From the IMG/VR virus record IMGVR_UViG_3300027904_000006: a stretch of DNA of 64,000 bases, one strand, 5' to 3'. The stretch comes from a virus. The notes under the pieces were generated by a model. The model was not told where the DNA came from. It made no database searches and was given only the letters and a program-made list of their open reading frames with translations. Made by a program: the position numbers and the translations under genes. Below, piece by piece: positions 62,769 to 64,000 of the stretch; the first letter of the stretch is position 1; each line of letters begins with the position of its first letter.

Positions 62769-63969
62769 TTAGCGTCACCTCGCCGGTCACTGGAAACGTC
62801 CCGACGCCGATGACGATGTTGTCCGTCGCGCCGTTGACAAGCAGGCTGGCGTGGTCGTAATCCACAATGCCGTCCGTGTCGGCCAGTGCCGCGCCCACGA
62901 ACACGTACCGCACCATGTTCTGGGCAATTCCAGCCTGCACCTGCTGTATGCTGAATTCAGTCGCCGCCGCAAGCCAGTAGCGGCCCAGGTTAGTGATGTA
63001 CCGTTCCGTTACGGTTGCTACATCTACCCCTGCTTGAAGCTTTACCGACGCCACTATGGATATATCTATCGGCTCCGGCGCGGCCACGGTCAGTATCGCA
63101 TTTATCGGGGCAAGCCTCTGCATCCTGTCATCTGGTCTGATAATGTAGTTGTACACATTGTCAAGTATAAGCTGGTTGGCGGGGACGCCGTTCGCGTCTA
63201 CGATAAACAGCCGCACCGTCCCTGTGCCCGGCCCCGCCCATTCCGCTTCCACGACCACGCTCCCGACGCCAGGTATCATCTTTGCCCAACGTACGTAATC
63301 CGCGTCACGGCCCGCATAGCTTACCCCGTAGCGTATAGCCTCAAGGACGCGTTCACGCAGGTCGTCGTCCGATTCCATAGGCACGCCGCCGGTCATTGCG
63401 GTCAGGTTGGTAACAAAGCTTATGTCCGGAGTTGGGTTGACCATCAGCATTATGCTGTCTGGCGGGACGTTGCCTATCGTGCCGCCCTCAAGCGCCTGAA
63501 CCGGCACGTATTTTAGGATGTGGTTGGACGGGATTGTTATATCCGGTATTTCTGGTATGTCATCCGGCACGTCGAATAGGGTGTCGCTGTAAACTTCAAA
63601 AAGGATGGATGGCGCAAGGTTGGCCTGCGTGGCAAACTGGAAGCCCTGCCTGAGCAAACGCCCCTGCCTGCCCGCCACTACCAGGTTCCCATACGCGGGG
63701 TTGGCCGGACGGCGCGTAATCCCCTGCACTTCGGCGTGCCTGTCAAGCCATTCGCCGTAAGCCCAATGCGGGAACATTATCTGGATAGTCTGGTTAAGCT
63801 GGAACTCCACGAACCGCGCCTTTTCTATGGCTGCCGGCCGCGTGTAGTCCCAGGGGATGGAAGCCTCGCTCGTGTCTATGTCGGGCGGCATTGCGTCCAT
63901 CATGCGCCTGTGTATCTCGTCTACGCTTTGGTTCCGCAAGAACTCAGGCGGCGTGTATTCGTATGGCAT
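62758..63969 (-). CDS. Baseplate J-like protein (XkdT-like)
   Basis: IDTSEAS, AYGEWLDRHA, GGTIGNV, MESDDDLRERV, DYVRWA, W.GPGTGTV. Confidence 0.93.
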   Translation of the reverse strand: MPYEYTPPEFLRNQSVDEIHRRMMDAMPPDIDTSEASIPWDYTRPAAIEKARFVEFQLNQTIQIMFPHWAYGEWLDRHAEVQGITRRPANPAYGNLVVAGRQGRLLRQGFQFATQANLAPSILFEVYSDTLFDVPDDIPEIPDITIPSNHILKYVPVQALEGGTIGNVPPDSIMLMVNPTPDISFVTNLTAMTGGVPMESDDDLRERVLEAIRYGVSYAGRDADYVRWAKMIPGVGSVVVEAEWAGPGTGTVRLFIVDANGVPANQLILDNVYNYIIRPDDRMQRLAPINAILTVAAPEPIDISIVASVKLQAGVDVATVTERYITNLGRYWLAAATEFSIQQVQAGIAQNMVRYVFVGAALADTDGIVDYDHASLLVNGATDNIVIGVGTFPVTGEVTLNVI

Positions 63970-64000
63970 TAATCATCCCCCCTATGGCTTGCCATAATCA

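Overview
This window is almost the whole genome of a temperate contractile-tail (myovirus-type, PBSX/Xkd-like tail module) phage, probably of a Clostridia/Firmicutes host. It is circularly permuted: it starts inside an XkdR-like gene and ends just upstream of the baseplate-J gene, and no host genes are visible. Late genes (packaging, head, tail, lysis) run on the minus strand from about 30 kb down to 1 and continue from 64 kb down to 52.5 kb. Early, replication and accessory genes run mostly on the plus strand from 30.7 to 52.5 kb. The strongest signal is a RAMP/Cas7-like gene (47609-48253) followed 4 nt later by a ~930-bp non-coding array of about 19 GGCA-delimited units, each built from GGY-NN pentamers. 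This is a candidate RNA-guided DNA-targeting system and matches my recollection of phage VIPR systems. Other notable items: (1) a tRNA-Cys attP core and integrase arm-like repeats split 15 kb apart; (2) a ParA/RHH partition pair with a perfect 58-bp palindrome; (3) Ig domains split twice at the same strand, a possible donor-strand polymer; (4) a PP-loop/ParB putative DNA-modification operon coupled to a sulfonate-type ABC importer; (5) a glutamate-type binding lipoprotein plus Cache-like sensor upstream of the holin; (6) a DGR-type receptor protein with no reverse transcriptase; (7) a tRNA-like ncRNA; (8) several dispersed DNA motifs. All family assignments are by-eye motif recognition; no database searches were run.
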